Source: Okamejei kenojei
Lineage: Eukaryota
DNA length: 64,000 nt
Reading direction: 5' to 3'
NCBI GenBank assembly: GCA_035221665.1
Contig: CM069132.1
Location: 63,054,001-63,118,000, forward strand
The notes under the pieces were generated by a model that saw nothing but the letters and a program-made list of their open reading frames with translations, searched no databases and was not told the origin of the DNA. Positions 28,060 through 40,620 of this stretch are shown piece by piece (the first letter of the stretch is position 1; each line of letters begins with the position of its first letter). A program made the position numbers and the translations under genes.

Positions 28060-31000
28060 CTCCCTTTATCTCCTGGTACAGTGACATCACGATATTGTCA
28101 AATGTCTGCTCTCCCAACCTAGAATCCCTCTTTATAAACTGCAAACCCTTCTACACTCAGAGAGAATTTAAATCCTTTATTCTCGCTGGTTTACATTCTC
28201 TCTCCCCCCCCCCCCCCCCCCCCCCCCCAAGCCTGCATACGTGAGGCGCAAATGCAACTAGCTGACCAGGTAATGAGAGTAGAGAGTGACTTCCCGGACT
28301 CCATGGTCATTGTTTTGGGGAACTTTAACAAAGCTAATCTCAGCCGAGACCTTCCAAAATACATACTTCAGGTTACCTGCCTCACCAGAGGGGAGAGAAC
28401 ACTTGATCACTGTTATACGGCACTCAAGAAAGCATATCGCTCTATTCCCCAGGTGGGCCTGGGTCTCTCTGATCATCGTCTAGTTCACCTTATTCCAACC
28501 CACAGGCAGAAACTAAAAGCTGCTAAGCCTGTGGCAGAGATGCCAAGTGTCCCGGATTCGCCGTATTTTGTCCCGGCGAAATAACCTTTTTACGGTGTTC
28601 CGGCAGCCAAACATGCTGTTACGGAACACCGCCGCGCCGGTGTTCCTCCCGTGGTGAACGCCGGCGCCATGTGCCCCCGGTTTGCCAGCCCGGCAGCTCG
28701 CAGCCACGCCCGGCCCAGAGCCCGGGCGGCGCCGGCCCGCGCGATCAGCGGCACTTTCTTGCCGCCAGCCGGCCGCTCGCGGCAGCCCCATCAACGAGCC
28801 TCCCCCCAACCCCCACCCAGTGCGCAGGCGCAGACCCGCCGGCAACCTTGCCAAGTGCGCATGTGCCGCACCCGCCCGCCGGCAGCCCGCTGATCTGCAC
28901 CAGTGCGCAGGCGCATAGCCGCCGGCAACAACCCCAAGTGAGTATGTTACGGAGAGAAATGCATTTAACCCCATTTGTTACGGACAAATGGGTTGAATGT
29001 TACTGTGAACTAAATTTAGGATTGGCATCTCTGCTGTGGTCAGAACAACAAAAAGGTGGACAAGCGAGGGCATTGAGAACCTACAATCCTGCTTTGACTG
29101 CACGGGTTGGAATGTGTTCAGGGAAGCAACCACAAACCTCGATGAGTATACGGACACTATCATCATATGTCAACTTTTGCAAGGACAGTTGCATTCCAAC
29201 TAAGACCCGCACATGGTTCAACAACATCAAGCCCTGGTTCACTGCAGGGCTCCGACGGTCTAAAGAGGAGGCCTACAGGAGCGGGGATGCAGACCTTTAC
29301 AGGCAGGCCAAGTACAAGCTGAGAAGAGGAATCGGAGCTGCCAAGGAAAGGTGAGGAGAAAGTTCTCAGCTAGTGAATCTTCTTCAGTTTAGAAGGGCTT
29401 GCAAGAAATTTCCAGCTACAAGAGGAAAGCCCCCCGCCCTTTGGACAATCATCAGCTGACCAATGACTTGAATGAGTTTTGCTGCAGGTTTGAAAATCAG
29501 AAACGTAACCCTGGTACCCCCTCCCCAACCAACACAGCCAGACCCCAGTCTACAAAGAATGGACCCAGCGCCCTCTCCTTCCCATTCACCACTTCACACC
29601 TATTTAAGGCAAGACTCCAGTATGAAAAGACTGTCACTTCACACCCACTCACAGCCTGACCACAGTCTGCAAAGACTGGGCCCTTCTACACCCACCCCCC
29701 TCCAATCACCACTTCACACCCAATCGCCCACACACCCTCTGTGCTGCAAAACATCACTTATCAAATATCAACAATAAAAATAGAGGAGGCTTTTCAGAGG
29801 ACAGAGAAGCCGGAAATCTCCAGGACCTGATAATATTTCCCCCTTTACTCTTAAGCTCTGTGCCAAACAGCTGGCACCGGTCTATACAGACATTTTTTAA
29901 CCAGTCCCAACAAACATGGACTGTCCCTGCCTGCTTCAAAGTCTCCACTATTGTCCCTGTACCCAAAAAGGCAAGGATTACTTGTCCTAATGACTACAGG
30001 CCTGTCACACTGACCTCTGTAGTCATGAAGACACTCGAAAGGCTTGTGCTGGCCAAGCTTAAAAACATCACAAACCCCCTGCTGGACCCTCTGCTGTTTG
30101 CATATCAGGCAAATAGATCTGTGGATGATGCAGTCAACCTGGGCCTGCACTTCATCCTACAGCACCTAGACCGCCAGGGGACCTATGCGAGGATCCTGTT
30201 TGTTGATTTTAGCTCTACATTCAACACCATTGTGCCAGAGCTACTACACTCCAAACTTTTCGAGTTGACTGCCTGAACCCCTCCATCGGTGCATCACCAG
30301 CTTCCTGACAGACAGGAAGCAGCATGTGAGGCTGGGAAAGCACATCTCGAACCCGCAAACGTTCAGCATAGGAGCACCGCAAGGCTGCGTACTCTCTCCT
30401 CTCTGCTCTCTCTACACCAATGACTGCACCTCCACAGACACCTCTGTCAAGCTTCTCAAGTTTGTGGACGACACAACCCTGATTGGACTGATCCAGGATG
30501 GGGAGGAATCTGCCTACATGCAGGAAGTGTCACAGCTGGCCTGCTGGTGCCGTAGCAACAACCTAGAGCTCAATGCTCTTAAGACCGGGGGGGATTGATT
30601 GTAGACTTTAGGAGAGCTCCCCCTCCCCTCACCCCACTCACCATCAACAACACCACAGTCACATCTGTGGAGACTTTTAAGTTCCTGGGACATCATCTCC
30701 AAGGACCTTAAGTGGGAGGCGACCATCGACTCCACAGTCAAAAAAGCACAACAGAGGATGTACTTCCTACGGCAGCTGAGGAAGCACAATCTGCCACAGG
30801 CAATGATGGTCCAATTCTACACGGCCATCGTAGAGTCTGTTCTCACCTTCTCCATCATGGTCTGGTTCGGCTCGGTCTCCAAGCACGACACCTGGAGACT
30901 GCAGCGAATCGTCCGATCAACAGAGAAGGCTATTGGCTGCAACCTTCCCTCCATTGATGAACTGCACACTGCAGGGGCCAGGAAGCGAGCGGGCAAGATC

Positions 31001-31330
31001 ATCTCTGACCCCTCTCACCCTGGCCACAAACTCATTGAATCATTTCCCTCTGGAAGGCAACTCCGGACTGTCAAAGCTGCCACAGCCAGACATAAAAAAC
31101 GTTTTTAGCCACGAGTAGTTGCTCTACTCAACAGCCAAACATCTGTAGCCTCCCTTTGATCTGGTATTTTGTTGGTTCACATGCTTGATCAATGGTGTTT
31201 TATCATGAATGTTTTATTATTATTAATGTTTAGTGTTTTCTGAGTCATTCGTAACTGTCACTGTATGTCATGTTGTTACTTGTGGGTGGAGCACCAAGGC
31301 AAATTCCTTGTATGTGAATACTTGGCCAAT
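28060..31330 (+). mobile_element. Rex1/Babar-type LINE, near-complete ORF2 with frameshifts
   Basis: APE motifs (LGNFN, RTLDHCYT, SDHRLV), RT motifs ([47 protein letters not shown]), C-terminal YFLRQLRK, and a 3' AATAAA at ~31328. Confidence 0.9.
28535..29033. mobile_element. GC-rich non-autonomous hAT-like transposon nested in the LINE
   Basis: Perfect 12-bp TIR CAGAGATGCCAA / TTGGCATCTCTG and 6-bp TSD CTGTGG (28529-28534, 29034-29039). Removing it restores the LINE frame KAAKPVVRTTKRW. Confidence 0.9.
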
Positions 31331-31728
31331 AAACCTAATTACTTGCGTTATAATTGCAGGTGCCTAGTGTATAATTTGTTTCCCTGCTTGTGCTCTAAGC
31401 AACTGCGCCAATGATTTAAAGGTCTTTGGACTGCTTTCTGACTTTTTTATTACTTCCACTCAAACCTTTCCAGGTTTAGTTAAACTTGCTGTTTTTATTT
31501 GAGTGGTCTGTTGGTTATGAATTGTATCTGCACCTTTCTATGTGAATTTTATTTCCTTTCTTGCTTTCAAGCGCAACTTCATATCTACCTCTTGAGGAAA
31601 CATTTTTGTTGAACAGCTTAGCTCTGGGGTGGTTGAATCTTGCCTTATTGGGTTAAATTGTGCAGCGAACCACAATTGCGCAGCTTGCCAAATTCACCCA
31701 ATTATTTAATCTGTTTTCTATTATTAAG

Positions 31729-31812
31729 GTGGTAACTACGGCGATGGCGCTGGATTTGGTGGAGGATTTGGCAATCAGGGTGGCGGCTATGATGGAGGTG
31801 GAAATTATGGTG
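31729..31812 (+). CDS. HNRNPA2B1: HNRNPA2B1 exon, Gly-rich (position of the cassette exon skipped in mammalian A2b/B1b)
   Basis: (G)GNYGDGAGFGGGFGNQGGGYDGGGNYG; 84 nt, phase 1-1; AAG acceptor and GTGAGT donor. Confidence 0.9.
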
Positions 31813-32787
31813 GTGAGTACTTTGCTACTGCTGTTGAGAAAATATTTTTGGTCCTGAAGGATGGCATACAATGTAGTTGCTGTGTTAATTACCACTACTT
31901 TGCATGTGTGGTAACTTTGTACAGAATTGGTGTAATGTTCAAATTGCTTTTGAACTGATGTGTTGAATAATGTCACCAAAGTTGTTTTCCTCTTGGGGAT
32001 CTGAGGGTGTTCAGAAATTGTAGATGGAAAAGCACCATCCCAAACAAATTCAGAACTGAACAATTGTTCCAGGTTCAGCCTTTCCTGCCAATCATTTTGA
32101 ATTTGTTTTAAAATATACAAGTAAATATCTTGAATTGGTACATTCAAGGCAGGAATATGATTTGATCTGAGAAAACTGATGCAACCATTTATGTACACCA
32201 AGTGTGCTCTCCTGAGAAGAACTGCACAATAATGCTGCCAGCAGAGCTTCTTTATAGCTCCAGCAACATGTGTTTGACCTGGACTCATGGCACTTTCTAT
32301 GTGGAATTTGCATATTTGTTCTTAAACAGTTTCTTCCCACATCCTAAAGATGTGCAGGTTGGTATTTTAATTGTTCCCTGTAAATTGCCCAAAATGTTCA
32401 GATCAGTGGTGAAATAATTAATGTAAATTGATGCTTTTAGGTCATGTCAATAAAAGTGGGAATAGGCCTTCTGACTCCTCAAGCTTGTCCTGGCTCAGGA
32501 TCTCTTCTATGCCAGTTTCACAATTCCCAATTCCCTGATCTTTGCAAAAAATTATTTAAAGCCTCCAATGTTCTAGCCTTAATGCCCTTCTAGGTAGAGA
32601 ATTCCAAGGACTTGCCATCTTCACTAGGAATTCCAGTAACCTCTGTTTAAATGATCACCCTCTTATAACTTTGTTCTTTGTTCTAGACTTTAATCCGTGC
32701 AGACATCTTAAGATCTTGTAAGTTTTAATAAGACCACCCTCTCATTCTATTAAGCTTCAAATAAAACAGTTCTAATTTTAGTTCGTT

Positions 32788-35700
32788 ACTAGACTGTCAC
32801 TGTCCCCCAACGCAATGTTCCACCACTCACCCATAGGCCCCAACTGCGCAGGCGCGGCTCATTTGACTTCATCCTCCAGCACTCGCTCCCCTTCCTCTTC
32901 ACCCCGCCTCTTCTTTCCCCGCTCCCCCAATCCCTCCCTCTCCTTTCCCCTACTCCCCAGTCACTACCTCCCTCCTTTCATAATCTCTCCCATCCCCTCT
33001 CTACCCCCTCCTATCTCTCTATCTCCCTCGCTCCTTGTCTCCCATATCTTCCCCCCCACTATCCCGCCTGACCAATTAATCTTGCCGTTGTGAAAAGAGA
33101 TTGCCATCTGAATTCTGAAAAAGCCCCAACTTCGCAGGCGTGGCTGAGGAGCCGTCGGGTGCCCTTTGCAACGCCAATAAAGACGTGCACGGGAATTCGC
33201 CCCTAACTGCGCATGTGCGGGTGAGGGTGCTGTTTTAATTTTAAATTTTTTTTATACGTAATCACTTTTAAAATATAAAATATACCATCGATCTGAACAA
33301 AACTCGTTTCAGCACAGGACAATGTGTTACACAATGTAAGGTGGGCCAAATATCGTAGCGCTATCGTATACCGTTTTTGTGCAAATTGAGAAACAACGCA
33401 AACTTGCAGATAACAAGATGGGAGTTTTGGTTATGTAGTAATAATAATATAATGTATTATATTATGATATATATAGTCAGATTCTTGTGTGTGTATGAGT
33501 GTGATATATATATATATGTATGTATGTGTGTGTATATACGTGCGCGCACACGCAAATATATATATACACACACGCGCGCGCACAGAGACACGCACACAAT
33601 AACCCGATATCTGTCTATAATCTGTCACCTCTCCCTCCATTTGCATACCCTCAGTCATTGTCGGGTTGTTGGTCGCTGAGATACCATTGTGATGTCATTG
33701 TCGGGTGGCGGAATGTTCACTGCAGCGCATGTTAATGAGATCCCATTGTGATTGGAGGACTGAAATGCCATTGTGACGTCAGAAAACTCACAGCACAGTC
33801 ACGGTTTTTCTTCTCAAAGTTTGCTTTTTTTTAAAAAACTTGTAAATATCAATAACGTGAAATATAACATCAAGACTGACGTAAACTTGACACGAACGAT
33901 CACTGGACAAAGGTAAGTAAGGTGGTGCAAAAACGTTTAGCGCAAATGTGTACCGTTTTGGCACAGTTCCTTGAGATAACACGCATGCAGACAGACTTCC
34001 AAATAAGACGAGGGTTTTAGTAATATACTAGATCAAGTGTGATCCGTAGGGGGGTGGCCTGCGGCATGACACACACTAACCATTGCCCCCCCATACACAA
34101 ACTAACCACCCCCCTTGATATTATGTTAATATTATTCATTGGCTCCTTTTACCCCATCCCCACCCTATCCACTGATGCATAGCCCTACCTCGCAGGCGTG
34201 TCTAGAGAGTGGGGGGTAGAGAGAGGGGGGGTAGGGACTGACAGAGTGGGGCAGAGAAAAGAGAGGGGGGAAGAGGAGAGGAGGGGGTGAGGAGAGTAGC
34301 GAGGGAGCATTTAGCAGCGGAGGGTGGGGGAGAGGACAGCTGCGGGGGTGGTGCAGTTAGCAGCAGGGAGGAACGGTTAGCGGAGGGTGACTTGCTGCGC
34401 GTGGTGCATAGCACAGCAGGCCGCAAGGGGAAAGTTCTTGAAAAGCAAGCCGGGGAGCTCGTGAGCGTTCGTGACCTCTGAAGCGCTCCGAAGCACCCGG
34501 AAGCGCCTTCGGAAGTCCTCGGGATCTGCAGAGCAGGGCCCACTTGCTCTTCTTTCTGCATCTTTTGAAGAACTGGGTGGGGGGGGGGGGGGGGGGTGAT
34601 GACATCAGTCAGTCTAGAATTTAGTAGACTGAGGGGGGATCTTATAGAAACTTACAAAATACTTAAGGGGTTGGACAGGCTAGATGCAGGAAGATTGTTC
34701 CCGATGTTGGGGAGGTCCAGAACAAGGGGTCACAGTCTAAGGATAAGGGGGAATTCCTTTAGGACTGAGATGAGGAAAACATTTTTCACACAGAGAGTGG
34801 TGAGTCTCTGGAATTCTCTGCCATAGAAGGTACTTGAGGCCAGTATTGGCTATATTTAAGAAGGAGTTAGATGTGGCCCTTGTGGCTAAAGGGATCAGGG
34901 GGTATGGAGAGAAGGCAGGCACAGGATACGGAGTTGGATGATCAGCCATGATCATATTGAATGGCGGTGCAGGCTCGAAGTGCCGAATGGCCTACTCCTG
35001 CACCTATTTTCTATGTTTCTATGTCACTCCTGGAAAACAGTGCCCAGCAGGCAGCGCATTGAAAACTGCGCAGCGGGCCGTGAGGAGCAGAGCCATTGTG
35101 ACGTCGTCAGCTCGCTAACTTCAAAAAATATCTCAAATTGGTGAACAATTTTAGTAAAGAAAACTCTGGAAATAATGAATCAAATTTTCGGGTAAGGCGA
35201 TTTTCAAGATCATACGGTAAATCTCTACCAGAATATGTAAATATCACCGTTAACGCGTCGGGTTTTCGAGGAGATGTGAATCACATACAAACACATCCAC
35301 ACACAAATAAATACATCCACGTCCAAGATCAGAGTTTTATATTATAATAGATAGAAGATACTAGACCAAGTGGGTCCCGTCAATGTGCGGTTGCGGAGGG
35401 AGGAGCGGCCTGCAGCGTCACACACACGCTAACCACCCCCTACACACACTAACCACCCCTCTTGATATTATATTAATATTATTTATTTCTTTTACCCCAT
35501 CCCCCGCCCTAACCACTCGCGCATAGCCCCCAACTTGCAGGCGCGGCTGGAGAGGAGGGGGGGGGGGGGTAGAGACTGAGGGCATATGCGGCCGGTAAGG
35601 GCAGAGGATCGATGTATTGGTAGAGGCTGAGAGCAGCAGCAACCTCCCCACCATGCGCAGACACGACTCCGGACGAGCGAGCATCGCCCAAAGTACCGCG

Positions 35701-35960
35701 AGTTGGACCGCAGCAGTCTTCAGCTATGATCTTTGGTCTTCAGTCAAAGGCACGATTTCGGAGGAAGAAGGCACGCAGACCCATCCGCGACAGATAGTCG
35801 TTTTTAAATTTAAAAGTTTGTCAGATCTTTGAAGATTCTCATTAATAACTTGAGAAATAAAGCATGACATTTACAGATAAGAAGATTTTGGGGCACCAGG
35901 GGGATAAATGTCTATACTGTTGCGCGCACACACATGTATTTTGGGAAGCCAAATAACGGG
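32788..35960 (-). mobile_element. Tandem cluster of non-autonomous Helitron-like repeats
   Basis: Units repeatedly start (plus) with ACTAGA (32788, 34028, 35360) and end in GAG/GGGTTTTA...ATA(GA)T after CA-rich microsatellites. This fits minus-strand TC...CTAG termini. Internal blocks are shared with 60100-61981. Confidence 0.6.
34612..35022 (+). mobile_element. CR1-type LINE 3' fragment
   Basis: LEFSRLRGDLIETYKILKGLDRLDAGRLFPMLGRSRTRGHSLRI...FFTQRVVSLWNSLP and a (TTTCTATG)n tail. Confidence 0.9.
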
Positions 35961-37829
35961 TAGGATGTGTGCAGTAAATGGTATGGTGCTAGGGAAAGTT
36001 GAACATTTTGCAGTTTGAGTCATTGACCCCTGAAAGCGACAACGCTCGCAAATGTGGTGAAGAAGGTACATTGCATGCTTGCTGTCATAGGTCAGGGCAC
36101 AAATATTAGACATGTTGTTTTGCAACTGGAAAAAAACTGAGATGATACTTGGAGTATTGTGTACAGTTCTGATCACCATACTATTGGAAGAATGATTGTA
36201 TTGGAGAAATTGCAGGGACAATTCACCAGGATGCTGCTTGGACTGCAGGACTTAAGTTATGGTAAGAGATCAGATAAGCTGGGTTTGCTTTCCATTAATG
36301 GAGAGGCTAATGGGATGACTTGATGGAGGTGTGTAAATTATAAGAGGTACTGATGGTCTGTTTTTTTCTACCAGTTGGTTTCTCAAACCTTTAAAGAGAA
36401 AGGAGGGAATTGTAAAGGGGATTTCTGGGGATAATTTTTTATACAGATGATATCTGGAATTCTCTGATGGTGGAATCAGAAACAATCCCCATGTTTAATT
36501 GGGAATACACCTTAATTAGACAAGATAAGCATGCAAATGTGGTATGTGCAGGTGAGCAAACAAATTGGCATGCATGTATTGGGTAGAAGAGTGTTTTTCT
36601 GCTGTACAGCTAACTGATCAAACGGGTCTCGCATTGTCTTAATGAATCTCTTCTGGACTGCCTCAAATGCTAGTATTTACTTAAATAATAGAACTAAATC
36701 AGTACATAGTACTCCAGTTGTTGCAGTGTTGTGCAATTGTTACAAAACTACTTAATTTTAATTTATTCTAAATTTAAACCTCTTGCAATGAAGGTAGTAT
36801 GCCATTTGTCTTTCTTTGTTGTGTAGTAATTTTGTTTTGTATGCAAAACACCTAGGTCCGTCTTAACGTATGCAGTGACTCTATATAAATAATACTTTAA
36901 TTCTCCTGCTAAAATGCATGATGTCACATTTCCTACATTAAATTCAATTTGCAATATTTACACCCATTCATTCTATCCATCTATATCACGAGTCTGTATG
37001 TTTTCATTAAAAACACACTTCTGCTTATTTTTGTGTCATCAGCCAAGTTTGGATGACTTATGCTAGTTCCTCAGTCATTCAAAGATAGAAAATAACTGAG
37101 CCGAGAATTGGTCCTTCTGGCATTCCATAAGTTATATCTTATCACCCTTTTTTCCAAAAACAAAGCATGAAGCAATACAACAAGTTAGGCAGCATCTCTG
37201 GAGAACATGGATAAGTTACATTTCGGGGGTCCACCTTTAAAGTAATTGCATGGTGCAGAGTGACAGCTGGAAGATAGGAGGGGCACCACAAAGCCTGGCA
37301 GATAATAGGTTGAAAGAGGTGAGTGGGATGTTTGATAGGCAGGTGGTGAACAAAGGCCAGAGGTGGAAAGACGGAAGGTGTAAGGCAAGAATTTAAGAAT
37401 TGTAAGGCATGGGGAAGGAATGTAAGTAAAAGAAGGGGGGAGTGAGGTGTTGTGATTTTTGATGGGAAGTGTTCAACGAAAAGGTCGTCGTCTTTTCATC
37501 TCCAGCCATTGTTCATCATTTGCCTATCAAAAATCTCCCTCACCTTTATCAACTTATTACTTGCCAGGCTTTGTCCTGCCCCTCTGCCAGCTTTCTCTCC
37601 TATCCCAATCCCCCTACAAGCAGTCTGAAGAAGGGTCCCGACCCAAAAAAATCACATATCCCATGTTCTCAGGTCTGACCACCTGTGTTTTACTCCAGCA
37701 TTTCATTTCGTAAACCAGCATCTGCAATTCCTTGTATCAGTATTTTTCTAATTGTGCTGCACAAATGTCGTGTATTTTTGCTGCCTTGCAGAATTTATTA
37801 TTTCTGTATAGGAAATCGAGAGGAATCGA

Positions 37830-38408
37830 AAATAGAAGCAAAGATGTCCTCCTGCAGTTGTACAGAGCCCTAGTGAGACCATGCCTGGAGTAGTGTGCGT
37901 GGCTTTGGTCCCCTAATTTGAGGAAGGACATTCTTGCTATTGAGGGGGTGCAGCGTAGGTTTAGAAGGTTAATTCCCGGGGTGGCGGGACTGTCATATGC
38001 TGAGAGAATGGAGCAGCAGGGCTTGTACACTCTGGAGTTTAGAAGGATGAGAGGGGATCTCATTGAAACATATAAGATTGTTAAGGGCTTGGACACGCTA
38101 GAGGCAGGAAACATGTTCCCGATGTTGGGGGAGTCCAGAGCCAGGGGCCACAGTTTTAAGAATAAGGAGTAAGCCATTTAGAACGGGGACAAGAGTGGTG
38201 AGTCTGGAATTCTCTGCCTCAGGTGGAGGCAGGTTCTCTGGATGCTTTCAAGAGAGAGCTAGATAGGGCTCTTAAAAATAGCGGAGTCAGAGGATATGAG
38301 GAGAAGGCAGGAACGGGGTACTGATTGTGGGATGATCAGCCATGATCACATTGAATGGCGGTGCTGGCTCGAAGGGCTGAATGGCCTACTGCACCTATTG
38401 TCCATTGT
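37830..38408 (+). mobile_element. CR1-type LINE 3' fragment
   Basis: LYRALVRPCLE...RKDILAIEGVQRRF...RRMRGDLIETYKI...ESRARGHS plus the 3'UTR. Confidence 0.9.
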
Positions 38409-39664
38409 ATAACTAGTGTTTGTGTAATCTGTTCTGGTGATACTGTTGAAAACGAGTTTTTTCACTGTACCAGCAACTTTCAGTAGTTGTGCCTCTGACG
38501 GTGAACTGGACTTGACTTTGCATACTTGTTCTGACTGTCTTGTATGTGATTGCCAGGCTTCAATAGCGTGAGCTCTTATTTTGTGCATCAGCTTATCAAA
38601 TGCCTTCATGAAATCCAAATCTACATCTACAGGTTCACTTCTATTGACTGCGCTTGTTGCATCCTCAAAAGAGCTCCTACAAATTTCCTTTCATAAAACC
38701 ACCTTGACTTGGTTTGATTGCATTGTGCTTCTCTAAATGACTAGTTATTTATTAAATTTATGGAATCTGACATTTTGCCAACTAGAGTAAAAATAACTGG
38801 CCTACAAATTTCCTTTTTGCCTCCCTTTGCTTGAACAAGTAAAACTGATTTGGTTTTCTAATCCACATACTTTCTTCGTGAATTTATAAAAACTTCAATC
38901 AATGATGTAGGCCATCGGGGCCCTGACACCTTGCCTTTGGCCTCGTTTTTTTAACATGATGGAGATTATTACAAGTTTTCTCATTCTTCTTGAAGCAATA
39001 TCTTTTGGCATATTTGCAGCAGCATGAAAACTGGTGCAAAATGTTGCTTCAAATGTTCTGTCATTTTTTGATTCCCATTAATAATTCCGCACTCTCATTC
39101 GCCAGGGCACCCAAACTTTACTTGGGTACTCTGTTTTGTATATCCATAGAAGCTTTTGTTGATTTTTTAATGTTAATTGTCCATTTCATATCTATATTCT
39201 CCCCCTTATAGGTTTGCATTCGCACAACAAAAATAGCAACTTTGTTAACAATCATTGTTTTGGGGCAGTTTTGTACTGTATTTCCACCCTTAATTAAATG
39301 GTACTTTTCATTTTTGCAACTAGTGGGTGTAAGGATAGATAGAACAGTTGAATCTGCAACATATTGTGGAATAGATAATTTTGTTTCTTTAAGGACAAAT
39401 TTATACATTTTTAATATCTAGAATTAATCATTGTCACTCTTGGTGATTAGAAAATATGAGAAATGTCAAACTTGGATTGATTTTGCTGATAAGTATTTGC
39501 AGTGTTGGTGAACATATTTTGGGAGAATTTGCTGAGTAAACAGAAAAGTTTGTGGTTGTGATTTTATGAAGTACATTGAAATCCTTTCACAATAATAGCA
39601 AAGGACAATAGAGGAAATGAAAAGGCTTGAACAAAATACTCGTAGTAATCTGCCTTTTTTTTAA

Positions 39665-39856
<192 letters not shown>

Positions 39857-40349
39857 TAGAAGTAAATTAAGTTTTGTTCCCTCTTGACTGGGATGAAAAG
39901 TATTCTTGAAAATTAGAACCTTCATGATTTTGTTTGCTTTAAATGCCTGGGTGGATTAGTTTGATTTTTTTTTCTCTGCCAGTATAATGTGGTGCCCATG
40001 CCCAGGAATCACTTGAATTCAGCATACCATGAACATGGTTTGAAGGTTTTGCCCAAATTTATTTTGTGGAGTATTAAATTTTATGTTAGTGAGGTTGCTT
40101 CCATTCATCTTTACTGCAGTCTTACGCTATAATTTAAAATGAATTGTTGATTAATCTGTATTGTATTTCCCTCTCTCACGTATTTCATGTTGCTGACAAA
40201 ATTGTATTGTTAATTAGTGATGAATGCTGTAGACATTCAAAACGAGCCAGGCAGGTGAGACAATCCTGTCCTCATCCTTCACCCATTGTCCAAATGGAAT
40301 CACTAACCCTTGTCAGCATGGAATTCCAGTTATTATCCCCTCGTGGAAT

Positions 40350-40620
40350 CTGCTCCTGTGTCAAGTTCCAGACCCATTCAATTTTCTTTGGTGTAGGCTG
40401 ACTCCAGTGAGGTTGTTGTTGCAGGTTGTCAAAAGTACTATCTTTCAGATGAGACACTATCTGTTGCATTGGGTATGCACAGGATCCCATAAAGCTATCT
40501 GGTCATATGTGATTATTTGAGACTTTGCTGTGCACAAGTTATTTTTTCACTGACTACTTTTCAGAGATTCTTTGTACATTTAAGTCTGTTGGATGTTCCA
40601 TGTGTTGAAATGTTTTCTGC
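40350..40620 (+). mobile_element. Degenerate Deu-domain SINE (AmnSINE1/SacSINE1-like)
   Basis: TGTCAAAAGTACTATCTTTCAGATGAGAC...GGATCCCAT resembles the Deu core TGTCGGAGGTGCCGTCTTTCGGATGAGAC...GATCCCAT as I recall it. Confidence 0.5.

Noticed and set aside
28513-29354. Pro/Arg/Ala-rich ORFs of up to 227 aa
   Set aside because: They arise from the GC-rich hAT-like insert fused to LINE sequence.
31653-32288. 211-aa minus-strand ORF overlapping an HNRNPA2B1 exon
   Set aside because: No recognisable domain; the Thr/Ile/Ser-rich end is simply the antisense of Gly codons. It cannot be fully excluded without expression data.
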